From contig CAVPCB010000078.1 of assembly GCA_963702285.1 (NCBI GenBank), forward strand, positions 7,004-71,003: a stretch of 64,000 nt of DNA, in the 5' to 3' direction. Source of the stretch: an uncultured Acidobacteriaceae bacterium. GTDB taxonomy: Bacteria; Acidobacteriota; Terriglobia; Terriglobales; Acidobacteriaceae. Shown one piece after another: positions 21,425 to 32,369 of the stretch; position 1 is the stretch's first letter, and each line of letters begins with the position of its first letter. Under the pieces are notes generated by a model. It did not search any database, was not told where the DNA came from, and saw only the letters and a list, made by a program, of their open reading frames with translations. Both the position numbers and the translations under genes were made by a program.

Positions 21425-21829
21425 CTAACCGGCGATCGGCGCGGCGCTGTATTGAGGCGATGGAGCGCGCAGCCGCTCAATCAACTCGGCGGGGTCGAAT
21501 GGTTTGGCAAGAATGTCGAAGTGATGTCCATGAGAACGCGCTTCCGCCAACAGGTCGCTCGTCAACGCATTTCCTGAGAACAGCAGGACCTGCGTGCCGG
21601 GGCAGAGTTCACGAATCCTGATCGCCGCATCGATGCCGCTCAGCGTGCCCATCACCACGTCCGATACCACCCAGTCCGGCTCCACATTGTACGCAACATC
21701 GACCGCCTCTTCACCGCTGCGGGCCGTGAATACCGTGAACCCATGCCCTTTCAGAATCGCGGCCAGAGTTACAAGAATTCCGTGCTCATTGTCGACCACC
21801 AAAACCGTAGGTAAAGGTTGCAGCGACAT
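21425..21829 (-). CDS. single-domain response regulator (CheY-like receiver)
   Basis: 134 aa with VLVVDNE, phospho-acceptor context VVSDVVM, LFSG and AKPF. Confidence 0.85.
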   Translation of the reverse strand: MSLQPLPTVLVVDNEHGILVTLAAILKGHGFTVFTARSGEEAVDVAYNVEPDWVVSDVVMGTLSGIDAAIRIRELCPGTQVLLFSGNALTSDLLAEARSHGHHFDILAKPFDPAELIERLRAPSPQYSAAPIAG

Positions 21830-21947
21830 TGTGAGGTCCCTTGAATAAAATTGACTGAGAGTTATGCTTTATGATGTCATCGCCTGCAATTAAGTTGTAC
21901 AAAGGACGACAGTAACCTATATCGACTTACATATTCATCGAGGAATT

Positions 21948-22355
21948 ATGGTCTCTATCGACTTCGAATATCAGGGCGATCTCCACTGCCAGGCCGCTCA
22001 CGGCCCTTCCGGCACCGTGCTGACCACCGACGCCCCCAAAGACAATCACGGCCGCGGCGAAAGCTTCTCCCCCACCGATCTCGTCGCCACCGCCCTCGGC
22101 AGCTGCATGTTGACAACCATGGGCATCCTCGCCCACACCCTCAACGTCGACCTCGCCGGAGCCACCGCCACCGTCGATAAAGAAATGACCAGCACGCCGT
22201 CTCGCATGGTCCACCAGCTCACCGTCAAAATCCACGTCCCCCGCGCCTTCAGCGCCGACAACCAAACTAAACTCGAACGAGCCGCCCTCACCTGTCCCGT
22301 CGCAAAAACCCTCAACCCGAGCGTCCAGATCCCCACCGAATTCACCTGGGGATAA
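21948..22355 (+). CDS. OsmC/Ohr family peroxiredoxin-like protein
   Basis: 135 aa with FSPTDLVATALGSCM and ALTCPVAKTL, the two conserved Cys. Confidence 0.85.
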   Translation: MVSIDFEYQGDLHCQAAHGPSGTVLTTDAPKDNHGRGESFSPTDLVATALGSCMLTTMGILAHTLNVDLAGATATVDKEMTSTPSRMVHQLTVKIHVPRAFSADNQTKLERAALTCPVAKTLNPSVQIPTEFTWG

Positions 22356-22369
22356 GATCTCCGCTTTCC

Positions 22370-22397
22370 GACCGCCAACCGCTGACCGCTGACCGCT
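22370..22397. repeat. heptanucleotide tandem array (GACCGCT)x4
   Basis: GACCGCC AACCGCT GACCGCT GACCGCT, lying 15 nt after the OsmC stop. Confidence 0.8.
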
Positions 22398-22557
22398 CCC
22401 CCGGGTTGTACCCCCTTCGCGGTGTTTACTCTTCCCCATTCGTGGACTGTCGCCGCTCCCCGCCGCACGCGACCATGAACCTACTGCCGCGTAGTTCCTC
22501 CCCCACCTTTTCGCGGCGTCGTGGCTCCCACCGCGTTCCTGGGCCACGTTCCAACGC

Positions 22558-23373
22558 GTGCGTACCATGACCGCCGAAACTCCAATTCCCGACCCGGCGT
22601 TCTCCTTTGCCTTCCAGCCCATCGTCGACGCGGTGGCCCACAAAATCATTGGTTACGAAGCCCTCATCCGCGGCCCCTGGGACGAGCCCGCCTGGCAGGT
22701 CCTCAACCAGGTCTCTCCCCTGCGCCGCCACCTCTTCGATCCGACCGCGCACGCCGCCGCCATCGCGCTCGCCGCTCGCCTCGGCATCGACCACCCGCTC
22801 CATCTCAATTTCCTCCCTCAGACCCTCGACGCGTCTCCCAAAGCAGTCCTCGCCACCATCGAAGCCGCGCGCCAGGCCGGCTTGCCCCCCGACCAAATCG
22901 TCGTTGAAATCCCCGAGGCCGAAGTCGTCGTCGAGCGCAATCGCTTCGCCTCGCTCCTCAAGGACGTCCGCGCCCTCGGCGTCCGCCTCGCCATCGACGA
23001 CTTCGGCGCCACCTACGCCAGCCTCACCCTCCTCGACGACCTCGACCCAGACCAGATCAAGCTCGACATGCGCCTCATCCGCGGCGTCGATCGCCCTGGC
23101 CCCCGCCAGGCTATCCTCCGCGCCATCCGCCGCGCCTGCTACGACCTCGACATCGACGTCATCGCCGAAGGCGTCGAGACGCTCGCCGAATTCCAGTTCC
23201 TCGCCGGCCAGCGCATTCGCCTCTTCCAGGGATACCTCTTCGCGCGCCCCACCTTCGAAGCCCTTCCGCCCGTGAACTTCCCCGAGCCGGCATCCGCCTC
23301 CGCATCCATCCCGCCCGCCCGCGCCACCGCCTCCCGCCCCGCACCTGCCGCTCGCTCAAAGAAGCGAGCCTGA
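22558..23373 (+). CDS. EAL-domain protein (putative c-di-GMP phosphodiesterase)
   Basis: Motifs FQPIV, YEALIRG, EIPE, AIDDFG, KLD, EGVE and QGY. Pro/Ala-rich C-terminal tail. Confidence 0.85.
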   Translation: MRTMTAETPIPDPAFSFAFQPIVDAVAHKIIGYEALIRGPWDEPAWQVLNQVSPLRRHLFDPTAHAAAIALAARLGIDHPLHLNFLPQTLDASPKAVLATIEAARQAGLPPDQIVVEIPEAEVVVERNRFASLLKDVRALGVRLAIDDFGATYASLTLLDDLDPDQIKLDMRLIRGVDRPGPRQAILRAIRRACYDLDIDVIAEGVETLAEFQFLAGQRIRLFQGYLFARPTFEALPPVNFPEPASASASIPPARATASRPAPAARSKKRA

Positions 23374-23430
23374 TCCTCCCGGCTCTCACTAAACTCCAAA
23401 CTCTAATCCCCAAACTCTCGTCGCCCCGCC

Positions 23431-24480
23431 TTGTACACTCAACTTGAAATGCCAAAAGCCGAAGACCCCGAGCGCCTCGTCAACGCCAACCGCTCCAGCG
23501 AAGAAGACTCCTTCGAGCTCAAGCTCCGCCCCCGCCGCCTCCAGGAATTCATCGGCCAGACCAAAGCCAAAGAGCAGCTTGCTATCGCCCTCGAAGCCGC
23601 CAGGTCCCGCGGCGAAGCCCTCGACCACGTCCTCCTCTTCGGCCCCCCAGGACTGGGCAAAACCACCCTCGCCACCATCATCGCCAACGAGCTCGACGTC
23701 GCCTACCAGCAGACCTCCGGCCCCGCGCTCCAGATCCAGGGCGACCTCACCGCCATCCTCACCAACCTGCGCGACCGCCAGGTCCTCTTCCTCGACGAGA
23801 TCCACCGCCTCCAGCCCGTGCTCGAAGAAAAACTCTACACCGCGCTCGAGGACTACAAGCTCGACATCATCATCGGCCAGGGCCCCGCCGCGCGCACCCA
23901 CGTCATGGAGATCAAGCCCTTCACCTTCGTCGCCGCCACCACGCGCCCCGGCCTGCTCTCCTCGCCACTCCGTTCGCGCTTCGGCATCCTCCTCCGCCTC
24001 GAGTTCTATACCGACGAGGACCTCCGCTACATCGTCACCCGCTCCGCCGAAGTTATGAGCATCGAAATCGATCAGGACGGAGCCGCAGAGATCGCCATGC
24101 GCAGCCGCGGAACCCCGCGCATCGCCAACCGCCTGTTAAGACGAGTGAGAGACTTCGCCCAGGTAAGAGCCGCCGGCCGCATCGACCGCCAAACCGCCTG
24201 CGACGCATTAAAGATGTTAGAAGTAGACGCCCACGGCTTCGACGAGTTAGACCGCCGCCTCATGCTCACCATCATCGAAAAGTACGATGGAGGCCCCGTA
24301 GGCTTAGGAACCTTAGCCGCAACCCTAGCCGAAGAAGAAGACGCGTTAGAAGAAGTCTACGAACCCTTCTTAATCCAAATCGGCTTCTTAGACCGCACAC
24401 CCAGAGGCCGAGTCGCCACAAGACTAGCCTACGAACACTTCGGCTTACCGTTGCCCCGCAAACAACCCGGGCTGTTCTAG
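23431..24480 (+). CDS. ruvB: Holliday junction branch migration DNA helicase RuvB
   Basis: [12 protein letters not shown], Walker [33 protein letters not shown]. The start may be the second Met at 23449. Confidence 0.95.
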   Translation: MYTQLEMPKAEDPERLVNANRSSEEDSFELKLRPRRLQEFIGQTKAKEQLAIALEAARSRGEALDHVLLFGPPGLGKTTLATIIANELDVAYQQTSGPALQIQGDLTAILTNLRDRQVLFLDEIHRLQPVLEEKLYTALEDYKLDIIIGQGPAARTHVMEIKPFTFVAATTRPGLLSSPLRSRFGILLRLEFYTDEDLRYIVTRSAEVMSIEIDQDGAAEIAMRSRGTPRIANRLLRRVRDFAQVRAAGRIDRQTACDALKMLEVDAHGFDELDRRLMLTIIEKYDGGPVGLGTLAATLAEEEDALEEVYEPFLIQIGFLDRTPRGRVATRLAYEHFGLPLPRKQPGLF

Positions 24481-24807
24481 TCATCAGGCTGCGATCAGGA
24501 CAAGCCACAGTTGACAGCCGCCCACATCCCCGCATCTCTCCCCAAAAACCAAAACTCTGTCATCCTGAGCGAAGCTTCCGAATTCGTTGCGCGCGCTTTT
24601 TGCGCGCAACAATCAATCCAGACGCCGTCACCCTGAGCGAACGCCGAGCAGCGCTCGGCGAGTCGAATGGGCGAATGGACCTGCATTTCTCGGCTGGAAC
24701 AACCACGAATTTCCACCCGAACGAACTGCATTTCTTCCGCCAGACCCAGCAGAATCCACGTTACCCAAGTCAGTTGCAAACCTACCCAAAACCTCTACGC
24801 TGCGATC

Positions 24808-25140
24808 ATGCGCGACCGCAGCTACTACGTCTACATCATCGCCAGCCGCACCCGCGTTCTCTATACCGGCATGACCGGCAACATCGAAGCCCGTGCCGCC
24901 CAGCACAAAACCAAATACTTCGCAGGATTCACAGCCGACTACAACTGCTGCCGCCTCGTCTGGTACGAGAGTTATGACGACCCCAACCGCGCCATCGAAC
25001 GCGAAAAACAAATCAAGCGGTGGATCCGCGCCAAAAGGCTCGGCCTCATCCAAAGAATGAACCCCACCTGGATCGATCTCAGCGAAAACTGGGGCAAGCT
25101 CCTCCAGCCGATCTCACCACAGCTGGGAATCTCTCGCTGA
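24808..25140 (+). CDS. GIY-YIG nuclease family protein
   Basis: 110 aa from MRDRSYYVYIIAS...LYTGMTGNIEARAAQH...REKQIKRW. The upstream part of the track ORF is non-coding repeat. Confidence 0.8.
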   Translation: MRDRSYYVYIIASRTRVLYTGMTGNIEARAAQHKTKYFAGFTADYNCCRLVWYESYDDPNRAIEREKQIKRWIRAKRLGLIQRMNPTWIDLSENWGKLLQPISPQLGISR

Positions 25141-25322
25141 AGTGGCTACGCCACCCGCTCTTCGGTCGCCGACAGATTCTTCGCCGCCTTCCTCTTCGCC
25201 GCGCTTCGAGACCGCCCACCCGTCGCCCCCAGCCGAGCCGCCATCACTTCCGCGATCCCAAAAACCCCTCCAGCAACGCCGACCCATACAAATCTGCGTC
25301 GAGTTTCGAAGGTGAACCCCGA

Positions 25323-25404
25323 GGGCGAAACCTGGATCAGCCCTGTCTCTTACTACGGGCGCGAAAAGGGCGAAACTTGGATCGGCCCTGTCTCTTCCTA
25401 CGGG
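25323..25404. repeat. two tandem copies of a 38-bp element (period 44)
   Basis: GGGCGAAACCTGGATCAGCCCTGTCTCTTACTACGGGC and GGGCGAAACTTGGATCGGCCCTGTCTCTTCCTACGGGC. Confidence 0.85.
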
Positions 25405-25802
25405 CACGGATCAGTGTCAGGGCACGGACTTTTCAGTCGTGCCGAAAAAACCGCGCCGAAAGGCGCTTCCTTGCTGCCGGCAGGCCGTCCCTGGGGTCCC
25501 CGTCGCGCAACCGCGCGAACGGGGCCGAAACGTGTCGCGCTCGCCAGAACGCCTCCGCCGGCTCCCAGCTCCCAGCTAAAGCAGTACCTCCGTACCCTCC
25601 AACCCTCCGAATTCCCTTGCGGTCTAACTCACAAAATCCCTACCCTAAGAATAGGGAATGCTCTGTCCGCCCACTCGCGCACAGAGCTTTTGTTTTGCAG
25701 GGCAGATTGCAGCGGAGAGACGATCCTCGCTCCACCCCGAAACCTGCTCTGCTCCGGCCCAGGCCGGACCCGCTGGCTCTTTGAGAATCTCGCCCTCGAC
25801 CC

Positions 25803-26082
25803 GTTAACCAACGTGTTAACACGGAGGGGTTCACCACGGAACCCTAACCATGGAATCAACAACTTCCCGAGGGGTCGACCCCCTGATTCTGCTTTTTGCG
25901 AAGGAGCCGAAACCGGCAGCACTCACTAGAAACTGAGCAGGGTCCCAGGTCTCCACGCCGGCCACGAACCGCGAACCAGCAAACGCCTTCCCATGTTAAC
26001 CAATCTGCCAACACAGAGGGGTTCCCCAAGGGAGTGCTAACTATAGAATCAACGACTTCCCGAGGGCTCGACCCCCCTCCAG
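25803..26082. repeat. two imperfect direct copies of an ~85-bp element
   Basis: Copies at 25803-25890 and 25994-26082 both read GTTAACCAA..AACAC.GAGGGGTTC.CC...GAATCAAC.ACTTCCCGAGGG.TCGACCCCC, by eye about three-quarters identical. Copy 1 contains the palindrome GGGGTCGACCCC. Confidence 0.7.
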
Positions 26083-26208
26083 CGGCCTTCCGTAGGGACC
26101 CCCCCCGCCCCCACAGCTTTGCCCTTGTCCCCCACAACCGCCCCAGGCTACACTGCCCCATCTTCGCCACCCTGGCCCCCTCCAGAATCCCAAGGCGGGA
26201 GTGATCCC

Positions 26209-27327
26209 ATGCTGGGCATTGACGCTGCGGCCGCGCGCCGCGCCTGGTCGACCATCCTCATTCTGCTCCTGGTCGCCGGCCTCTTCCTCATCCGCAACAC
26301 CCTGCTGGTCTTCGTCATCGCCATCCTGTTCGCCTACTTGCTCTGTCCCCTGGTCGAGTTCAACCAGCGGCGACTCTTCCACCGGTCGCGCACCCTGGCC
26401 GCGCTCTTCCCCTTCGTGGTCTTTCTCATCACCGTCACGGCCGCCGGCATTATCGTCCATCCTCAGTTCGTACGTGAACGCGACCAGCTCTTCGCCCAGG
26501 TCACCAGCCCGCAGTTCAAGCAGCACCTCGAAGCCTGGAACTTGGGCGGCATTCCCGTGGGGCGCCTGCTCGCCAATAACTACAGCTCCATCCTCACCAT
26601 GCTGCCCAAAAACAGCGTGACCACCGAACTGCACACCACCGTCCGCGATGCCGGCGATCTCGTCCTGATCCCCATTCTCGCCTTCTTCTTCCTGCGCGAC
26701 GGCCGCCGCATTCGCGACACCCTCATCGCACTGCTCTACGGCGGAGAACGCAACACGCCGCTGTTCCGCAAGGGCAAAGCGGTCTGCATCTCCCTGCTCG
26801 CGGACGCGCACGCCCTCATCCTCGATTACATGCGCGCGCTCATGCTGCAGTGCGCGAGCACCTTCGTCGCCTACAGCATCGCCCTCACTCTGCTCGACGT
26901 CCCGTACGCCATTCTGCTGGCGCTCTTCGCGTTTCCTCTGGAGTTCGTGCCCCTCGTCGGTCCGCTCATCTCGGCCACCATCATCCTGGCCGTCTGCGAA
27001 TTCAGTCTGGCCATGAACCCTGCCAGTGTTCCCCACCTTCATGTCATCGCTGTGGTCGCGTTTCTGGCCTCCTACCGAATCTTTCAGGACTACATCCTCT
27101 CGCCCGCACTCATGAAACGCGGCGTCAAGCTGCACCCGCTGCTGATCATCTTTGGCGTGTATGCGGGCGGCGAAATCGGCGGTGTCGGCGGCATCTTCCT
27201 CAGCGTGCCCATCCTCGCCCTGGCTCGCCTGCTCTTCTACGAATGGCGCAAACCGGTGCCCGCGCTCGCCACCGAGGACCTGGAGCTGACCATTGATCCA
27301 TCGGCCGAACTCGACGCGGTCGTCTAG
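26209..27327 (+). CDS. AI-2E family transporter (PerM/UPF0118)
   Basis: 372 aa from MLGIDAAAARRAW. About 8 TM helices with a family-typical C-terminal half (FPLEFVPLVGPLISA). Confidence 0.8.
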   Translation: MLGIDAAAARRAWSTILILLLVAGLFLIRNTLLVFVIAILFAYLLCPLVEFNQRRLFHRSRTLAALFPFVVFLITVTAAGIIVHPQFVRERDQLFAQVTSPQFKQHLEAWNLGGIPVGRLLANNYSSILTMLPKNSVTTELHTTVRDAGDLVLIPILAFFFLRDGRRIRDTLIALLYGGERNTPLFRKGKAVCISLLADAHALILDYMRALMLQCASTFVAYSIALTLLDVPYAILLALFAFPLEFVPLVGPLISATIILAVCEFSLAMNPASVPHLHVIAVVAFLASYRIFQDYILSPALMKRGVKLHPLLIIFGVYAGGEIGGVGGIFLSVPILALARLLFYEWRKPVPALATEDLELTIDPSAELDAVV

Positions 27328-27337
27328 TGCCCCTTCG

Positions 27338-27379
27338 CTACTCCCTACTCCCTACTCCCTACTCCCTACTCTCTACTCT
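27338..27379. repeat. heptanucleotide tandem array (CTACTCC)x4 + (CTACTCT)x2
   Basis: Lies between the convergent stops at 27327 and 27373. The last units overlap the final codons of the OPT gene. Confidence 0.9.
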
Positions 27380-29583
27380 CTGTCCTTCAGCGGCTTTCTG
27401 GCGAAGTAGTACAGCGACCCCGCGAGCAGCGCGAACATCGCCACCGACACCCAGTCGTGCGACATGAATGTGTGCGGAAACTGTACCGGGTTATTGCGGT
27501 TCGACACGGACTCCCACAGCTTCATCCCCACGCCCATCAGCCCCACAATGCCGCCCGCCGCAATCAGCCCGCTGGCGTAGAGCGACCCCGGACTGATCTC
27601 GCTCTCGCCGGTCTCTTCGCCCGCCTTCGCCGCCGCACGATCCACCATCCAGCGGACAACGCCGCCGAGAAAGATCGCGAACGTCGTCGCTATCGATAAA
27701 TACGATCCCACCGCGAACGTCAGCGACCGCACCCCCATCAGCTCGATCGCGATCACCAGGAACACGCCCAGCAGCACCAGTCCCCACGGCAGCTGCTGCC
27801 GCAGGATCCCGTTGATCACCGTTGCCATCAGCCGCGCCTGCGGAGCCGCCGCCTTCTCGCTCCCGATCCCCGAAATCCATTGCACCGCAATCGTCTTCGT
27901 CGCCGGATCGTACAGATACTTCCCGTCCGCCAGCTCGTGCGAACCCAGCGAATTCAGCAGCACGTAGTTGCTGCCCTCCAGCGTCTGCGTCGTCTTGTCC
28001 TCTTCGGTCACACGAAATTCCTTGCGCGCGAATGTTCCCTGGTTCTGCACTCCGTCATGCACCGCCGTAATGTCCCAGGTCTTCGAGATGGGCCGGAACT
28101 CCTCATAACCGCGGTTCACCATGCTCAGCGTGATCCCAACCGCGAACGTCGATACACACACGCCGATCATCAGCGCCAGCTGCTGCTTCCACGGTGTCGC
28201 ACCCACCAGGAATCCCGTCTTCAGATCCTGCGATGTGTCGCCCGCGTTCGCCGATGCGATGCACACCACGCCCCCCACCGTAATCGCCAGCGCTCCATAC
28301 GCCGGGGCCGTCCAGCCCTTCACCAGGAACACCGCCGCCGTCGCCATCAGGGTCGCAATCGTCATCCCGCTGATCGGATTCGCCGAGCTGCCGATCAACC
28401 CCACAATGCGCGATGAGACGGTTACAAATAGAAACCCGAATACCACGATCAGCAGCGACGCCGCCAGATTCGCCAGCATCCCCGTCTGCGCGCCCGGCAC
28501 CGGCTTCACCGTCAGGAAGATCCACGTCAGCACCACCAGCAGCACGCTGCCGCCAATCACCACCGACATCGGCATGTCGCGATCCGTCCGCTCGTTCCCC
28601 GCCGCCGCTGCCGCCGCGCCCTTGCGCAGATTGCCCATCCCCGCCTTCAGCGCGCTCACAATCGTCGGAATCGTCCTGAGCAGTGTGATCAGGCCTGAAG
28701 CCGCCACTGCCCCCGCCCCCATCGGCCGCACATACGCCGACCACATCTCCCCCGGCGACATCTGCGCCACCGGCTTCACCGCCGGATACAGCGGCCCGCT
28801 CAGATGCGATCCGAAGAAGTAAATCGCCGGCATCAGCACCAACCACGAGAAGACGCCACCGGCAAACATCGTCCCGGCCACTTTGGTGCCGATGATGTAT
28901 CCCACGCCCAGGTACTCGGGCACCGCATCCAGCCGCACCGCGCCGCCCTTCAGGATGTGCTGCTTCCCCAGATCGGGCTCCCAGTTCGGCGTGTCTGGCC
29001 ACGCGCCGAAGATGTCGCTGTTCTGGAAGAGCGTGTAGAGGCTGCCCAAACCCAGCCCCAGAAACACGCGGCTCGCAAACGACCCGCCCCGCTCGCCCGC
29101 GAGCAGCACGTCCGCGCACGCCGTGCCTTCCGGATAGGTCAGGGTCCCGTGCTCCTCGACAATCAACTGCCGCCGCAGCGGGATCATGAACAGCAGCCCC
29201 AGCCATCCACCCAGCATCGCCAGCACAAAGATGCGGAAGTATTCCAGGTCGAATCCCAGGAAGATGAGTGCCGGCAGGGTGAAGATCACGCCCGCCGCAA
29301 TCGATTGCCCCGCGTTCCCCGTCGTTTGAACAATGTTGTTCTCGAGGATCGATGCGCGCCCCAGCGCCCGCAACACGCTGATCGAGAGCACCGCGATCGG
29401 AATCGACGCCGCCACCGTGAGCCCCGCCTCGATGCCGACGTACACCGTGACCGCGCCGAAGATCAGCCCGAAGATGCACCCCAGCACGATCGCGCGGAAC
29501 GTCAGCTCCGGCCGCGTCTCGTTCGCCGGCACATAGGGCTTGAATCCCTGCGCTCCTGAAGGCTTGATGTTGGTCGTCGCCAC
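27373..29583 (-). CDS. OPT-family oligopeptide transporter
   Basis: 736-aa polytopic membrane protein with typical OPT N-terminal (ELTFRAIVLGCIFGLIFGAVTVYVG) and central segments. Confidence 0.9.
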   Translation of the reverse strand: MATTNIKPSGAQGFKPYVPANETRPELTFRAIVLGCIFGLIFGAVTVYVGIEAGLTVAASIPIAVLSISVLRALGRASILENNIVQTTGNAGQSIAAGVIFTLPALIFLGFDLEYFRIFVLAMLGGWLGLLFMIPLRRQLIVEEHGTLTYPEGTACADVLLAGERGGSFASRVFLGLGLGSLYTLFQNSDIFGAWPDTPNWEPDLGKQHILKGGAVRLDAVPEYLGVGYIIGTKVAGTMFAGGVFSWLVLMPAIYFFGSHLSGPLYPAVKPVAQMSPGEMWSAYVRPMGAGAVAASGLITLLRTIPTIVSALKAGMGNLRKGAAAAAAGNERTDRDMPMSVVIGGSVLLVVLTWIFLTVKPVPGAQTGMLANLAASLLIVVFGFLFVTVSSRIVGLIGSSANPISGMTIATLMATAAVFLVKGWTAPAYGALAITVGGVVCIASANAGDTSQDLKTGFLVGATPWKQQLALMIGVCVSTFAVGITLSMVNRGYEEFRPISKTWDITAVHDGVQNQGTFARKEFRVTEEDKTTQTLEGSNYVLLNSLGSHELADGKYLYDPATKTIAVQWISGIGSEKAAAPQARLMATVINGILRQQLPWGLVLLGVFLVIAIELMGVRSLTFAVGSYLSIATTFAIFLGGVVRWMVDRAAAKAGEETGESEISPGSLYASGLIAAGGIVGLMGVGMKLWESVSNRNNPVQFPHTFMSHDWVSVAMFALLAGSLYYFARKPLKDRE

Positions 29584-29679
29584 GCGTCACCCCTAACCCG
29601 GTTTTGGAGAAGCCTGAGTGTACCAGTCGGCAGCAAGGTTCATCAGCGACCGGATTTGTACTCCACCGCCTCGGAGCAA

Positions 29680-29757
29680 GTACCCTGTGCCCTGTGCCCT
29701 GCGCCCTGCGCCCTGTGCCCTGTGCCCTGTACCCTGACGTGCTGTACCCTGTTTTCT
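29680..29757. repeat. heptanucleotide tandem array (GTGCCCT-type) x8 plus 2 trailing copies
   Basis: GTACCCT GTGCCCT GTGCCCT GCGCCCT GCGCCCT GTGCCCT GTGCCCT GTACCCT, then an 8-nt gap and GTACCCT GTTTTCT. It sits between the divergent OPT and EamA starts. Confidence 0.9.
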
Positions 29758-29761
29758 ACCT

Positions 29762-30709
29762 GTGCGCAGACTCCTGGCCTACGCCGCCATCTACGTCCTC
29801 TGGGGTGGATCGTTCCTCGCCATCCGCGAGGTCGTCAGCGTCGTACCGCCCTTTTTTGCCGCAGGATTCCGCTTCACCATCGCCGGCCTCATCCTTATTC
29901 TCTGGAGTCGCTTCACCGGCTCCTTCGAAGTCACGGCCCGCCAGTTTCTCAACGCTGCGCTGCTCGGCTTCATCATGTTCGCCTGCCTCTACGCAGGCCT
30001 GTTCTGGGCTGAAACCCGCATTCCCTCCGGCGTTGCCGCCCTGGTCTCCGCACTCATTCCTATCTGGATCTACGCCGGCGAAGTTTTCTTCCTTCGCACC
30101 CAGCGCGCCACCCTGCTCTCTTCGGCCGGCATCGCCTGTGGCTTTGCGGGAGTGGCCCTGCTCGGCCTGCGCCACCGCGGCCTCCAGGGTCACGCCCACG
30201 GCTACGCCCTCGCGATCCTCGTCACCGTTGCCGGCACTCTCTGCTGGGGGATCGGCACGATTCTCTCGCGCCGCCTGAGCCTGCCCAGCCCGCAAAAGCT
30301 GAACGCCGGATGGCAGATGTACATCGGCGGAATTTTACTGATCGTTGCCGCGTTCGCCACCCATGAACGGGACCTGCTGCCGAACATTTCGGTGGTCCTG
30401 AACCCGCGCGTCCTGATCGGCATGGCTTACCTGATCGTCGCGGCTTCCATCGTCGCCTACACCAGCTACGTCTGGCTCATCGCGCATGATTCACCCACCC
30501 ACGTATCCAGCTATGCGTATGTGAATCCGGTGATTGCGATTTTGCTCGGCATGACCCTGGGCGGTGAACACCTCACCCGCCGCCTGATCGCCGGAGCCGC
30601 GCTGGTCATCTTCGGCGTCGTCGCAACGCTCATGGGCAAACGAATGCCTGTTCCTAAGGACGACGACCCCAGACCACAACGAAAGATCTCGACAGCCGGG
30701 TTGAGATAG
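29762..30709 (+). CDS. EamA/DMT-family transporter
   Basis: 315 aa with a GTG start, 10 TM helices and two EamA repeats (YVLWGGSFLAIR...). Confidence 0.85.
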   Translation: MRRLLAYAAIYVLWGGSFLAIREVVSVVPPFFAAGFRFTIAGLILILWSRFTGSFEVTARQFLNAALLGFIMFACLYAGLFWAETRIPSGVAALVSALIPIWIYAGEVFFLRTQRATLLSSAGIACGFAGVALLGLRHRGLQGHAHGYALAILVTVAGTLCWGIGTILSRRLSLPSPQKLNAGWQMYIGGILLIVAAFATHERDLLPNISVVLNPRVLIGMAYLIVAASIVAYTSYVWLIAHDSPTHVSSYAYVNPVIAILLGMTLGGEHLTRRLIAGAALVIFGVVATLMGKRMPVPKDDDPRPQRKISTAGLR

Positions 30710-30721
30710 CAGCCGCGTTTT

Positions 30722-30751
30722 GCCTACCGGCTACAGCCTACCGGCTCCCGC

Positions 30752-30757
<6 letters not shown>
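30722..30757. repeat. short tandem array GCCTACCGGCTNCN x2.5
   Basis: GCCTACCGGCTACA GCCTACCGGCTCCC GCCTACGC between convergent stops. The related motif occurs in reverse at 48791-48814. Confidence 0.7.
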
Positions 30758-32017
<1,260 letters not shown>

Positions 32018-32369
32018 TGGGGAATCTCCACCAGATCCTGACCAGCCCGGACAAATATCGTCAATTCCGGTTCATTCCGGATTGAACCCGTATCCGGGCC
32101 AAACGGTCCGAGTATAGGCTTCCGCACCACGGACCCGCAACCCTCACCAGCCCCACCCACGTTACCCTTGTGGGCCATGGGCGACGACAATCTGATGAAC
32201 AAGCCAGACCGATGCTGAGCGGCTTCTCCCGGACCACTCAGGCGAGCGCTCTGCACAGGCACACACGCCTGCCCGGAGGCCGACTCGCCTTGGAACACGC
32301 GGCCCGGAGGCTCAGTCTCTGAGTTCCGAACCGCTCTTGACGCCCGTCTCAGTCCACCTCAGACCCGGC

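Noticed and set aside
19875-25200. A genomic island integrated at ssrA.
   Set aside because: There is no integrase, and I could not find a direct repeat of the tmRNA 3' end by eye. The downstream genes (cupin, receiver, OsmC, EAL, ruvB) look like ordinary chromosome.
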